A DNA stretch of 63,845 nucleotides, counting the filler, from Octopus bimaculoides (taxonomy: Eukaryota): the NCBI RefSeq assembly GCF_001194135.2. It is 5 parts of 4 records of this genome, joined end to end, with 100 filler letters (N's around TTAATTAATTAA, not from the genome) between each part and the next. Parts side by side here need not be neighbours in the genome. Positions count along the whole stretch, not along the records: positions 50,016 to 61,910 come from NC_069007.1; positions 62,011 to 63,845 come from NW_026307063.1; 3 more parts are not named here. The stretch is one strand, 5' to 3'. The position numbers and the translations under genes were made by a program. Every line of letters begins with the position of its first letter. The first letter of the stretch is position 1. The notes under the pieces are model-generated. The model was not told where the DNA came from and searched no databases. It worked only from the letters and a program-made list of their open reading frames with translations. Positions 50,778 to 62,318 of this stretch are shown here, piece by piece.

Positions 50778-51227
50778 CCCTTTCGTTACTAACCCGGCTG
50801 AAACCGGCTCTGGGTACAAATGTCTTGTTTCCATAAGTTTTGAATTAAAATCTTCCACCAAACCTTAGTCACAATTAATGTTCCTAACACTAGTTGAATG
50901 ATAACTAAGTTATTTTACTAAATTCTTTATATTTAAAATCAATTGAAAGAAACAGAGCATCTCAACAGAAATATGGTAACAAAAGGGTTAACAAATGATT
51001 AATTTAACCCTTTCGATACCAACCCACCTGAAACCGTCTCTAGCTCTGAGTACAAATGTCTTGTTTTCATGTATTTGGAATTAAAATCTTCCACCAAACC
51101 TTAGTCACAATTTATGTTCCTAACACTAGCTGAATGATAACTTAGTTATTTTACTAAATTCTTTGTTATGTTTAAAGTAATTGAAAGAAACACAGAGCAT
51201 CTCAAAATAAATACAGTAATGAAAGGG
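50778..51227. mobile_element. Two adjacent piggyBac-type MITEs (50778-50987 and 51008-51227)
   Basis: TTAA|CCCTTTCG..TAC ... GTAA..AAAGGG|TTAA termini on both copies. Decayed relatives lie near 4340, 12870 and 13390. Confidence 0.88.
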
Positions 51228-54009
51228 TTAAGGAAAAAAAACAAAACAATGAAAAACAGATGAAACAAAACAAAAACAAAAAAAACAACCAAACAAGCAA
51301 AAAAGACAAGAATCTGTAAATGCCGTAATGACCATGCAAGCGTGACCCAGGTCACATGACACAACATACAGCTGTGACCCATGTCACATGACACAACATA
51401 GAGCTGTGGGTTGAGCAATGGAGATTGTAGTCTTTTTCCTTTCCAGCACTTGTGCTGGTGGCATGTGCAAAACAAAATTTGAGCAAGGTCGTCGCCAGTG
51501 CCACTGGACTGGCTCCTGTGCAGGTGGCACATAAAAAAAATACCATTTCAGCGTGGCCGTCGCCAGTACTGCCTGACCGACCCTCATGCTGGTGGCACGC
51601 AAAAAAGCACCCACTACGCTCTCTGAGTGGTTGGCATTAGGAAGGGCATCCAGCTGTAGAAACTCTGTCAGAAGAAATAACAACCAATTAACCTGCATAA
51701 AGGTAATTTTTTTTATTAGGTGAGCCATGTGAGGGCCCCAGGTGGTTCATGGCTGATTTAAAATCGATAGAATCCTTCATGTAGTTAGGAAGTCACAGTG
51801 GAATGGTCAGAGTCTTCTGGAATTCATTGTTCCTTGCTGATTTTGAGAGAGGCTCTACCTGTCATCTTTGTAGAATCAGCGCTAGTCTACCGAAATACTA
51901 CAAGCTCCAGTCTACTCACCCAACCTACAGCAACAATGAACATGCATGTAGCAATAATAATAATAATAATACTGATAATAATATCCAGACAATTATTAAA
52001 ATGAACGTTTCAAATAACAAGAGAGAAAAGGAAATTAAACAAAACACAAAACAAAAAAAGTAAAACATCAAACAGCCAGAGATCAATCGATCAATCAATC
52101 TGGAAATTAAAAAAAAAACAAAATCAATATTTAAAAAAAATTTAGAAAAACAAGTAAGTAAAAACAATTAATTTACATGCAAAGTGCTGTGCTGCAGTGG
52201 TACGTGCAGAAGCTAAGAATGCTGGTGGAGAGAAAGTGCAGCGATTAATGTATAGTGACAGACAATCCAAAATGACCATCACCACCAACACCATCCGATC
52301 TTTGAGTGTCTCAAGTGCAGTGCTAACCAAAATTCTTTTGGTATGGAAGGAACCCTTTTACGAGTTAAAACCTATTTAATTAACATGTTTATTTAATGGG
52401 TTTAATTAATATGTTAGTGCCAAGGTTTAATTAGATGTTATTTTTGAAAAAAACATTAATTGCAATTCCAATATTTTTTTCTTCTCTTTTTCTTTGTTAT
52501 TTTTTTTTTTTTAGTTTCCTTCAAACTTTTTCTTTTCCAGAAAATTTGTCAGGTTAGAAAGGTGTTCAAATTCAGACTTGTAAATGACAAATTGGAATAC
52601 GTTAATATCCTTGATTGCAGACTACCCCTCACTTTTACATTTTCCTGACTTTTCCCTCTCTGATGACAGTATACTCAGCCTATGGAATCCATACTCAATA
52701 GACTGACCACATGCTTGACTATGCCAGAAACAGCTGTAAGAGACTCTATATGTCTTTTCAAGTGATGCCAAATGGTTTGCCTTTTCATTTTTACTTTAAT
52801 TTTTATATTTATATATAAATATATGTATATTTTTATCCAAATTGGAGATGAACACCATTCCTCCATGTGATCAGCTTGAAAAATTGTTAAGATATTAAGA
52901 TATTTTCCTTAACATGAAACCAATGGTAGCCTTAATACACAAATAAAGATATTCTATCCACCAATGCAGTTTTGAGCACTCATTTTCATTGTTTGACATT
53001 TTCGTACGAATATGAAGATCTCATATAGAATTTGATTCACTTGACCAATCTGTATGTTTTATGAAATATGTAGCAAGGTCGTAAAATTTTAAAAAAAAAT
53101 AGAAAACAGCTCAACATTGCTCAGCTACAAATTTACAGTTAACGATCTATTAGTATGTAAAGTAATCTAATTTGCATATTCTGTGTGTTAAAACTATATT
53201 AATTGTTAAATTTCAAAACTAAACGTTATTAAGATATTAATGATGATGATATTGGTAATATGATGATGACAATGATGATGATGATAATGATAGGAAAACA
53301 AAGCAAAAAAAAAAAAAAGACACAAACAAACAAACCTAAACTATTTGAGTGTTGTGTGAGAGAGAGAAGACAACAACGAAAGCAGAAATGCTAATTAAAG
53401 AAGAATTCTTTGGAAAAAAAATGCAAACCCTGCTTTTCACTGATGCATAACTTTTAAATTCCTGAAATATAGAAAGACAAAAAAAAAAACGTAATTTTTC
53501 ACCAAAATATTTCATATGAAATACTTATCTCAAAAAAAAAAAAAAAAATTGAGGGTGGGTGGGGCGGAAGAGGGCATATTTCTGGGATACAACCTTTCTA
53601 AATCCTGTTGTATTCCACAAGGAATTTCTGGTCTTCCATAGTGGTCTTGGGTTGTTGTATAAGTCAACTTACCTTCTTTCGGCAGTAAATTTTAGTCTGA
53701 AAGATTTGACCACACAGCCACTCCTGCGCCTATAAATAAATTTTGGTTCCACTTGTTTGCCGGAAAATATGGTAGTTTTAAATAGTATACACGCTTGATG
53801 TAGCTCCATGGTGAGGTGCTTTAGAAGATTTCAGCTCAGCTCAATTTTTATTATAAACAGTGTGTGTTCTATGGTGGGATGCCACTCAAGTAACCAATCC
53901 TTTTACAAAGAGTACCAAAGTGTATTTTATGAAGGTACCAACTCTAGACAGGTTTGTCTTCCGTACTTTGTGTTGTATCCATTTCTTTACCAACCATTAA
54001 ACAGAGTGA

Positions 54010-54500
54010 ACCACAACAACAACAACAACAATAACAATCCTTTCTACAAAAGGCACAAGGTCTGAAATTTAAAGGACCGTGATAGTCGAATACATCCATC
54101 CCAACACTCAACTGGTATCAATTTTATCGACCCCCGAAAGGACAAAAGGCAAAGTCAACCTTGGCGGAATTTGAACTCAGACCGTAAACATGGACGAAAT
54201 GGCACTTAGAGTTTTTCGCTTGGCATGCTAATGATTCTGCCAGCTCACTGCCTTTACATAGTGGTTTCAAATTTTGGTACAAGGCCAGCAAATTCGGGGG
54301 GAGGCGGGGTAAGTCGGTTACATCCGACCCCAGTTAACAACTGGTACTTATTTCATCAACCTCGGAAGAATGAAAGGCAAAGTTGACTGTGGCGGAATTT
54401 GAACTCAGAATGTAAAGACGAACGACATGCCACTAAGCATTTTGCCCAGCATGCTAACGATTCTGCCAGCTCACCACCTTAATAATAATAATAATAATAA
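54010..54500 (-). mobile_element. Tandem pair of family B SINEs ending next to a CCDC93 donor site
   Basis: Two consensus copies with (AAC/AAT)n tracts. Confidence 0.8.
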
Positions 54501-54517
54501 TACAGACTCATACTTAC

Positions 54518-54568
54518 GTCGCTGGGTGTCATGACTGACATACTTTGCATAAGAAGGTTGATTTTTTC
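54518..54568 (-). CDS. CCDC93: CCDC93 exon (51 nt): EKINLLMQSMSVMTPSD
   Basis: AG/GTAAGT boundaries; aligns with human QRIQSLMTKMTAMANEE. It is the last recognisable CCDC93 exon in this piece. Confidence 0.85.
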
Positions 54569-54746
54569 CTACAAAATATAAAAATGAAAGATATAAATCA
54601 TCCTCATCATCATTTAACGTCTATTTTCCATGCTGGTATGGGTTGGACAGAGAGAAACTGATAGATAGATAGATAGATAGATGGATGGATGGATAGACAG
54701 ATAGATAGATAGATAGATGGATGGATGGATAGATGGATGGATAGAC

Positions 54747-54799
<53 letters not shown>

Positions 54800-55048
54800 N
54801 NNNNNNNNNNNNNNNNNNNNNNNNNNNNNNNNNNNNNNNNNNNNNNNNNNNNNNNNNNNNNNNNNNNNNNNNNNNNNNNNNNNNNNNNNNNNNNNNNNNN
54901 NNNNNNNNNNNNNNNNNNNNNNNNNNNNNNNNNNNNNNNNNNNNNNNNNNNNNNNNNNNNNNNNNNNNNNNNNNNNNNNNNNNNNNNNNNNNNNNNNNNN
55001 NNNNNNNNNNNNNNNNNNNNNNNNNGGATCGCGGGAAGAAAAAAAAAA

Positions 55049-55082
<34 letters not shown>

Positions 55083-55145
55083 GGAGAGATTGATAGAGTC
55101 GGACAGAAAGACAGACAGAAGACAGAGGTAGAGAGATCTACACAC

Positions 55146-55238
55146 CTCATCCTGTTTTTGTTGATCGTCATCCGTTTCTTTAGCACCATCAATAGTTTCC
55201 TGGTTTTCCAATTCTGGTGATTGGGCTTTATCTGTGCT
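55146..55238 (-). CDS. CCDC93: CCDC93 exon (93 nt): STDKAQSPELENQETIDGAKETDDDQQKQDE
   Basis: TTCCAG/GT boundaries, phase 0-0, acidic linker in the expected position. Confidence 0.8.
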
Positions 55239-55404
55239 CTGGAATGGATAAACGGACATTGTATGAAACAGTAAGAATATGGTGCCAAATATTGAAGCGG
55301 GTGGGGGAAAATTTATGCAATATTCCAGTGTTACAGTAAACAATTAATTAAAAATTGCATCGTGTTCTTATTGAGAAGAATTACACCAATCTTTATAAAA
55401 TATT

Positions 55405-55870
55405 ACTATTATTATTGAGTGAGATAGTGGTGCATGCCATCAGTGACACTGGGGTAAAATATACGAAACCCAGTATACTCGTTATGACTACCTGTCTGAT
55501 AAGGGTACACCAGGCACATGCATCACAACCATATGTGCGCGACATGGTGATCTCATATCAAAATAAACAGCGCATGACCTCACAGGTGGGGCCCAGTTAG
55601 AATTTTCTTCAGGTCGAGTAGTCCATCCCACTCAAAAGGTCCCTGAGTAAGGTTCGTTTAAGGATGTTGAGCATAACACCCATGTTTCCAAAGGTGAATT
55701 ATTCAAACCCCAAAGAATTCCTCTCAACACATGGCTATAATGCTCCCCCTCCACTACTTCTGCTCATGATCAGAGATGCACATATCGTCAGCCACCAAGG
55801 GACATAATCAACTGGTTAAGGTCAAACAACTGACAAGCAAATCTGTGGCATGGAGCAGAATATTTTCTGT
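55405..55870 (-). mobile_element. AAT-tailed retroposon-like repeat (unassigned family)
   Basis: Higher-GC block bounded by (ATT)n tracts, with no coding capacity. Confidence 0.4.
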
Positions 55871-55981
55871 AGCACCTTTTTTACATCAAGATAAAATATG
55901 TACATAATAACAATCAGTGCCTGATACTGCATCAGGGCAATATCATTATTATTATTATTATTATCATCATCATCTGCCTAC

Positions 55982-56012
55982 CTCATTCCATCGGCTCTGG
56001 AGTCCATAATTC
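55982..56012 (-). CDS. CCDC93: CCDC93 micro-exon (31 nt): (W)NYGLQSRWNE
   Basis: TTTTCAG/GTAGG boundaries; phase 2-0 fits both neighbours; cf. human RRYGFSRQSKMEK. Confidence 0.85.
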
Positions 56013-56633
56013 CTGAAAACATTAAAACAAAGTTTGACATTACAAAAACAAAGTAAAATAAAATATATAGATAAAAACAAAGGAAAGTTATACAGAACTT
56101 ATCTCTCTCTCTCTCTAATAATAGCTGGTATAGATGTAGGTTGGATGGCTTCTCCGGTCAAGCATTACATTGTATAGAAAGAGGGGGAGAAAGACTAAGA
56201 GAGAATCAGCATAAAAAGTGCAAGATGAGTGCACATACTAGGCTTCGTGGCAGGCAATGAGTAATAGAGCACACCGCACACAAAATGTAATAATGTCTTC
56301 CTATGTTATTTAATAAAAATCTTTAATATGGTTTTATTAGAAGCAGTGTGGTAAGAAGCTTGCTTCCCAACCACATGGTTCCAGGTTCAGTTCCACAGCA
56401 TGACACCTGGAGCAAGTGTCTCCTATAGCCTTGGGCTGGCTAAAGCCTCATGGGTGGATATGGTAAATGGAAACTGAAAGAGGGCTGTCATGCATGTGTG
56501 TGTGTGTGTGTNNNNNNNNNNNNNNNNNNNNNNNNNNNNNNNNNNNNNNNNNNNNNNNNNNNNNNNNNNTATATATATATATATATATATATTGCTGCCT
56601 TAAATAATAATTTATTATAGAATCATACAATAC

Positions 56634-56731
56634 CATCCAAACTCAAGCAGGGTTGATATCACACGAGTTTCTTCTTCAGTCAGTTTGTCTGCATCTCGAC
56701 GCCGATACCGTCTTTGTGGTCTGTAACTGTG
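56634..56731 (-). CDS. CCDC93: CCDC93 exon (98 nt): HSYRPQRRYRRRDADKLTEEETRVISTLLEFG
   Basis: cf. human [35 protein letters not shown]/GT boundaries. Confidence 0.93.
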
Positions 56732-57175
56732 CTAGAATACAAAAAAAGAAAAAAAAAGAAGAAAATAACAATAAGAAAATTAAAAGAAAAACTCCAAGAA
56801 AGGGAATCCTTTATTGACTTCTAAGACAAACCAAAGCTCTAAGATTCCAAGAAAATGGATAGAATCCTTTAGATTGGTGCCAATATGTATCAGTATTTGG
56901 TGCTATGATTCGCTTGGTACTCATTTGCTTTGTCTTGCAAGGTACTTGGTGACCCTGTTGGTACTGGTGTCACATAAAAGGCACCAGTGCTGATGCCATG
57001 TGAAAAGAACCGGGTCTGGTACCATGTAAAAAAAGCACCCAGTCCACTCTGTAAAGTGGTTGGCATTAGGAAGGACATCCAGCTGTAAAAGTCATGTCAT
57101 GAGGGAGTCCTCGGATCCACTGGACCCTGTCAAACAGTCCAACCCATGCCAGTATGGAACAGGGGTATTAAATGT

Positions 57176-57482
57176 TGGTGATGACGATGATGATGATGAT
57201 GGTGGTGGTGATGATGGTGATGGTAGTGATGATGATGGTGATGATGATGATGGTGATGATGATGATGGTGATGATGATGATGGTGATGATGAGGGTGATG
57301 AGAATGATGGTGATGATGATGGTGGTGGTGATGATGGTGGTGGTGATGATGATGACAAAGGTGATGATAATGAAAATGATGAAGATGATGACATATATGA
57401 CGATGACAACAGTGACGATGATGAATACGATGACAAAGATGATGGTGATGATTATGACAATGATGACAACAATGACGACATA
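57176..57482 (+). repeat. Compound (GAT/GGT/GAC)n array grown from a family C retroposon tail
   Basis: Directly follows CAACCCATGCCAGTATGGAACAGGGGTATTAAATG; intronic and antisense to CCDC93. Confidence 0.9.
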
Positions 57483-57591
57483 TAACCACAGGTTGGTTGA
57501 CCATGAAGCAGAAGGCCGTGGTAAGGAACTAGAAATGTTTTTGCGATATTAGACAAAATATGGTCTGGAATTTTTTGTCTTGGGAACCTAC

Positions 57592-57648
57592 CTTGGCATT
57601 ATTTAAACATTCGATTGCATTGTGTTTGGTGGAATCAAATTTTTCATC
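57592..57648 (-). CDS. CCDC93: CCDC93 exon (57 nt): DEKFDSTKHNAIECLNNAK
   Basis: Pyrimidine-rich acceptor, donor AAG|GTAGG; cf. human DDDFIKRKEKAIKTVVDLS. Confidence 0.88.
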
Positions 57649-58770
57649 CTGACAACAAGAAGAAGAGAAGAAAAAAACTGAATTACAAGGTTGCATTGAA
57701 TTTCATGTAATGAGTGGAAAAATTTTAACGAGTTCACATAACAGGAATAACATTAGTTTCAAAGTTTAGCACAAGGCTAGTAATTTTAGGGGAAAAGGAT
57801 CAGTCAATTACAATCATCCTAGTGTGTGAGTGGTATTTATTTTATCCAGCTGTAGAAAAGTCGCATCAATAAACTCCGTCCAACTCAAGCAAGCATGGAA
57901 AAGTGAACCTTAAAAATGATGATGGTGGTGGTGGTGATGTGTGTGATGTTGTGTGTTTATATTTGTGCTTCTCTAAAACTACAAATAACAATCTTGCTGC
58001 CTATTGATTTTGTAACTTCAAAAATGAGTAAAATAAAAGGTCCCTTACTTGAAATAGAAATGAGGGTTAGCAACAGGAAGGGCATCTAGCCGTAAAACAA
58101 TCCCTGGATGACATATTTGTCCAAGCCTTGCTTACAAGCGAAGAACAAATGTAATAACCAAATATAACAATTTCAAGTCTTGCAAGCCACTTGGTGACCC
58201 TTCTGGTGCTGGTGCCACATGAAAAGCATCTAGTCCATATTGTGAAGTGGTTGGCATTTGGAAGGGCAACCAGCTGTAAAAACCTTGCAAAAGTGCATTC
58301 GGCATCCCATCTGTGTACCAACTTGTTCCAGTTCCTCTTTCATGTTTTTTAATTTCTCACCACCTGACATAAAGTCGCCTCCATCAATACCGCTCCCTCC
58401 AATCAAGCGGGATCCTGTCTTGCAAGTTACTTGGTGACTTCACTGGTGCTGGTGCCACATAAAAAGCACCCAGTACACTCTATAAAGTGGTTGGCATTAG
58501 GAAGGGCATCCAGCCATAGAAACCATACCAAAGCAGACCTCACTGGTGCTGGTGCCACGTAAAAAGCACTCAGTCCACTTTGCAGGGGGGGGTTGGTGTT
58601 AGGAAGGGCATCCAGCCATAAAAACCCATGCCAAAACAGACACAGCAGCCTGGGGGTAGTCTTCTACCTGGCTGGCTCCTGTCAAACTAGCCAACCCATG
58701 ACAACATGGAAGGCGGAAGTTAAATGATGATGATGATGATAAGAAAGTGTGTAAATGACATAAAACATAC

Positions 58771-58869
58771 CTGAGGCATTTTATTATTTCTGTTGAACTG
58801 GTATATGGAATAGGCGCGTATGGTGTCACCCACCTCTTCTCTCGTCTCCAGAGCTCTCTTCACCAACCA
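58771..58869 (-). CDS. CCDC93: CCDC93 exon (99 nt): [33 protein letters not shown]
   Basis: cf. human [29 protein letters not shown]/GTATG boundaries. Confidence 0.95.
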
Positions 58870-59249
58870 CTGGAATTTAAACGAGACATTAATTATCAAA
58901 CTATGTAGTTTCATTGATAGGAACCAAATATTTAAAATAATATAGAAAAGCTCCCAAATTCCACCATATCGTAGTACGGAAATGGAGGAGACATGTAGAC
59001 AATTTTGGCGCAGTTGTAATGGTGACTGTATCTAGGACTACATCATGTTATGGTTTCATCCCTTTTTAAGACAATAAAGAGAGCGATTTGACTGCTCTTT
59101 CTAGCATATCAAGAGGGTCACCCCACCGTCTTAGTTTTGGTTCTTCCAGTTGTCATATCTAATCTTTTGTTAGCAAATGTTACTCACCAATATCATATGG
59201 CCATGCTGGAGCAATCTGCATGTACATGTGTGTGTGTGGTTTTTTTTAT

Positions 59250-59885
59250 TGGTATCTTTTAGTAGTTTCAATCATTGGACTGCGGCCATGCTGGGGCACT
59301 ACCTCCAAGGGTTTAGTTGAAAAAGTGAAGGCGTACGCATGGCTGTGTGGTAAGAAGCTTGCTTCCCAACCTCATGGTTCCAGGTTCAATCCCACTACAT
59401 GGCACCTTGGGCAAGTGTCTTCGACTATAGCTGCGGGCTGACCAAAGCCTTGTGAGTGGATTTGGTAGAGGGGAAACTGGAAGAAGCCCATCGCATATAT
59501 ATATATATATTTGTATCTATGTGTGTGTGTCTTTGTGTCTGTGTTTGTCCCGTCAACATCGCTGGACAACTGGTGTTGGTGTGTTTACATCCCCATAACT
59601 TAGCAGTTTGGCAAAAGAGACTGACAGAATAAGTACCAGGCTTACAAAGAATAAGTCCTGGGGGGTAGATTTCTTCGACTAAAAACCCTTCACGGTGGAG
59701 CTCCAGCATGGCCACAGTCAAATGACTCAAAACAAGCAAACGGTAAAAGAAAATAAAAGTATTTCTTTTAAAGCGAGTTGCCACAGTAGAAGACATCTGT
59801 CCAAGGTGCCGTGTAGTGGGACTGAACCTAAAACCTCAGGGTCGTGCAACGAGCTTCTTGACCACACAGCCATCATGCCTGCATT
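59250..59885. mobile_element. Family A SINE (+, 59330-59755) nested inside an oppositely oriented family A copy
   Basis: A reverse tail at about 59255-59320 and a reverse head at about 59775-59885 flank a complete forward copy. Confidence 0.75.
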
Positions 59886-59930
59886 GTGAAATGTTTAAGA
59901 AGTGATAAACATATGAAAGTAAGTCCTTAC

Positions 59931-60042
59931 CTGAACCACAGGGAATATGTGGATGAAATCCAGACCTTGGATTTGATGGGGTTCAATGCGGTGTGGACAT
60001 TTCATCTTGGGAAGCACGGACACGATTTTCTCGGTTAAAGCT
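59931..60042 (-). CDS. CCDC93: CCDC93 exon (112 nt): [37 protein letters not shown]
   Basis: Near-identical to human [37 protein letters not shown] (CCC/Commander complex subunit); poly-T acceptor, GTAAG donor. Confidence 0.97.
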
Positions 60043-61401
60043 CTGCATTTAAAAAAAAAAAAAAAATGAAAAATGAAATATGCTGTGCGTGAGAAGACCC
60101 GGCAAGCCAAGTGAGACCTAAATCCAAGGCCTCTGCCAGGGGTGTGGTCAGCCCACTTATGCGTACATTTCCTCCTTTGGACACTAAACTCCGCTTGCGA
60201 AGACCTGTTGAGGCAAGTGAAATCGAAACCGAACTAAATTCGACGACTGGTACCCATGCCAACGTCATCTCCTTCATTGGACATGAAACTCAGCTTGCGA
60301 AGACTTATGGGGGCAAGCAAAAGCAAAATCAGGATGGCACCTGTGACCAGCGTCGCCTTTCTGGTACTTGTGCCTGTGACACGTGTAAGGATTTTTGAGC
60401 GAGATCATTGCCAGTGCNNNNNNNNNNNNNNNNNNNNNNNNNNNNNNNNNNNNNNNNNNNNNNNNNNNNNNNNNNNNNNNNNNNNNNNNNNNNNNNNNNN
60501 NNNNNNNNNNNNNNNNNNNNNNNNNNNNNNNNNNNNNNNNNNNNNNNNNNNNNNNNNNNNNNNNNNNNNNNNNNNNNNNNNNNNNNNNNNNNNNNNNNNN
60601 NNNNNNNNNNNNNNNNNNNNNNNNNNNNNNNNNNNNNNNNNNNNNNNNNNNNNNNNNNNNNNNNNNNNNNNNNNNNNNNNNNNNNNNNNNNNNNNNNNNN
60701 NNNNNNNNNNNNNNNNNNNNNNNNNNNNNNNNNNNNNNNNNNNNNNNNNNNNNNNNNNNNNNNNNNNNNNNNNNNNNNNNNNNNNNNNNNNNNNNNNNNN
60801 NNNNNNNNNNNNNNNNNNNNNNNNNNNNNNNNNNNNNNNNNNNNNNNNNNNNNNNNNNNNNNNNNNNNNNNNNNNNNNNNNNNNNNNNNNNNNNNNNNNN
60901 NNNNNNNNNNNNNNNNNNNNNNNNNNNNNNNNNNNNNNNNNNNNNNNNNNNNNNNNNNNNNNNNNNNNNNNNNNNNNNNNNNNNNNNNNNNNNNNNNNNN
61001 NNNNNNNNNNNNNNNNNNNNNNNNNNNNNNNNNNNNNNNNNNNNNNNNNNNNNNNNNNNNNNNNNNNNNNNNNNNNNNNNNNNNNNNNNNNNNNNNNNNN
61101 NNNNNNNNNNNNNNNNNNNNNNNNNNNNNNNNNNNNNNNNNNNNNNNNNNNNNNNNNNNNNNNNNNNNNNNNNNNNNNNNNNNNNNNNNNNNNNNNNNNN
61201 NNNNNNNNNNNNNNNNNNNNNNNNNNNNNNNNNNNNNNNNNNNNNNNNNNNNNNNNNNNNNNNNNNNNNNNNNNNNNNNNNNNNNNNNNNNNNNNNNNNN
61301 NNNNNNNNNNNNNNNNNNNNNNNNNNNNNNNNNNNNNNNNNNNNNNNNNNNNNNNNNNNNNNNNNNNNNNNNNNNNNNNNNNNNNNNNNNNNNNNNNNNN
61401 N

Positions 61402-61457
<56 letters not shown>

Positions 61458-61679
61458 ATATAAACATATATAAATAGCAATATATGGGGATGTGTAAGCA
61501 TGTGTGTGTGTGTGTATATATACGTTTTTACATATACATGTATATAAATTTCTATATATATAAATGTCTATATGCAGGTGGCCCTCTCTTGTTCTCATAT
61601 ATATAATTCATAAAGACGTGTGTATGTGAGCATGCATGTGGGGTTGTGTGTGTTTCAGTATGTGAGAATGCATGTGGGC

Positions 61680-61719
<40 letters not shown>

Positions 61720-61807
61720 TGCACATGGTAACATCAGCTGATTTTAGTGCTGTAACAAGGTAACATGGTGAAATGCAGGAAGTGAGCTATAACAAAGCAA
61801 GTAATAA

Positions 61808-61842
<35 letters not shown>

Positions 61843-61910
61843 TCAGCTGTTTTGGGGGGAGTGGTACAGACTAACCCCACAATTTTAGTTATGTTGGATC
61901 AGGGTTAAAT

Positions 61911-62010
61911 NNNNNNNNNNNNNNNNNNNNNNNNNNNNNNNNNNNNNNNNNNNNTTAATTAATTAANNNNNNNNNNNNNNNNNNNNNNNNNNNNNNNNNN
62001 NNNNNNNNNN
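61911..62010. other. Artificial scaffold-join spacer
   Basis: 44 N + TTAATTAATTAA + 44 N. Confidence 0.97.
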
Positions 62011-62318
62011 CAAATAAGTGTTGCAACAGGAGAGTGAGCTTTAGTTAGTAACTAGAGATTAGTGTCACAGAAATAACTCAATTTTATAAAGTTTAAGTGG
62101 TGGAACTCCAGCTGTTGTTTAAGTGGTAGAGCTTCAATGGCGTGGAACTCTAGCCATTGTGGAAATTATATCATTTTATCAAAATTTACTGCTTTAAACA
62201 ATCATTTCAATTACAGATCAATGAGGGATTCTCTGTAACCAGTCAATGTTGTCATAGAATTTCTCAATCTAAGAATTGTCTCACTTGCTTAAATTACTTT
62301 CACTCTTAGAAGAGTAAA

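Noticed and set aside
53570-53700. GKLT... frame as the next CCDC93 exon
   Set aside because: No AG acceptor or pyrimidine tract in the required phase, and similarity ends after four residues.
33478-54518. CCDC93-ChAT fusion gene
   Set aside because: The two exon sets are separated by two artificial spacers and lie on different scaffolds.
57060-57552. Asp/Gly-rich 141-aa ORF (Aspein-like) and antisense His-rich ORF (beak-protein-like)
   Set aside because: The N-terminal part is family C repeat sequence and the rest is a trinucleotide array inside a CCDC93 intron; there is no signal peptide or splice context.
60256-61598. Long 350-405 aa ORFs across N runs (also at 32330, 35837, 36895, 42608, 46471 and 54614)
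   Set aside because: Artefacts of translating gaps flanked by (TA)n, (GA)n or (GATA)n microsatellites.
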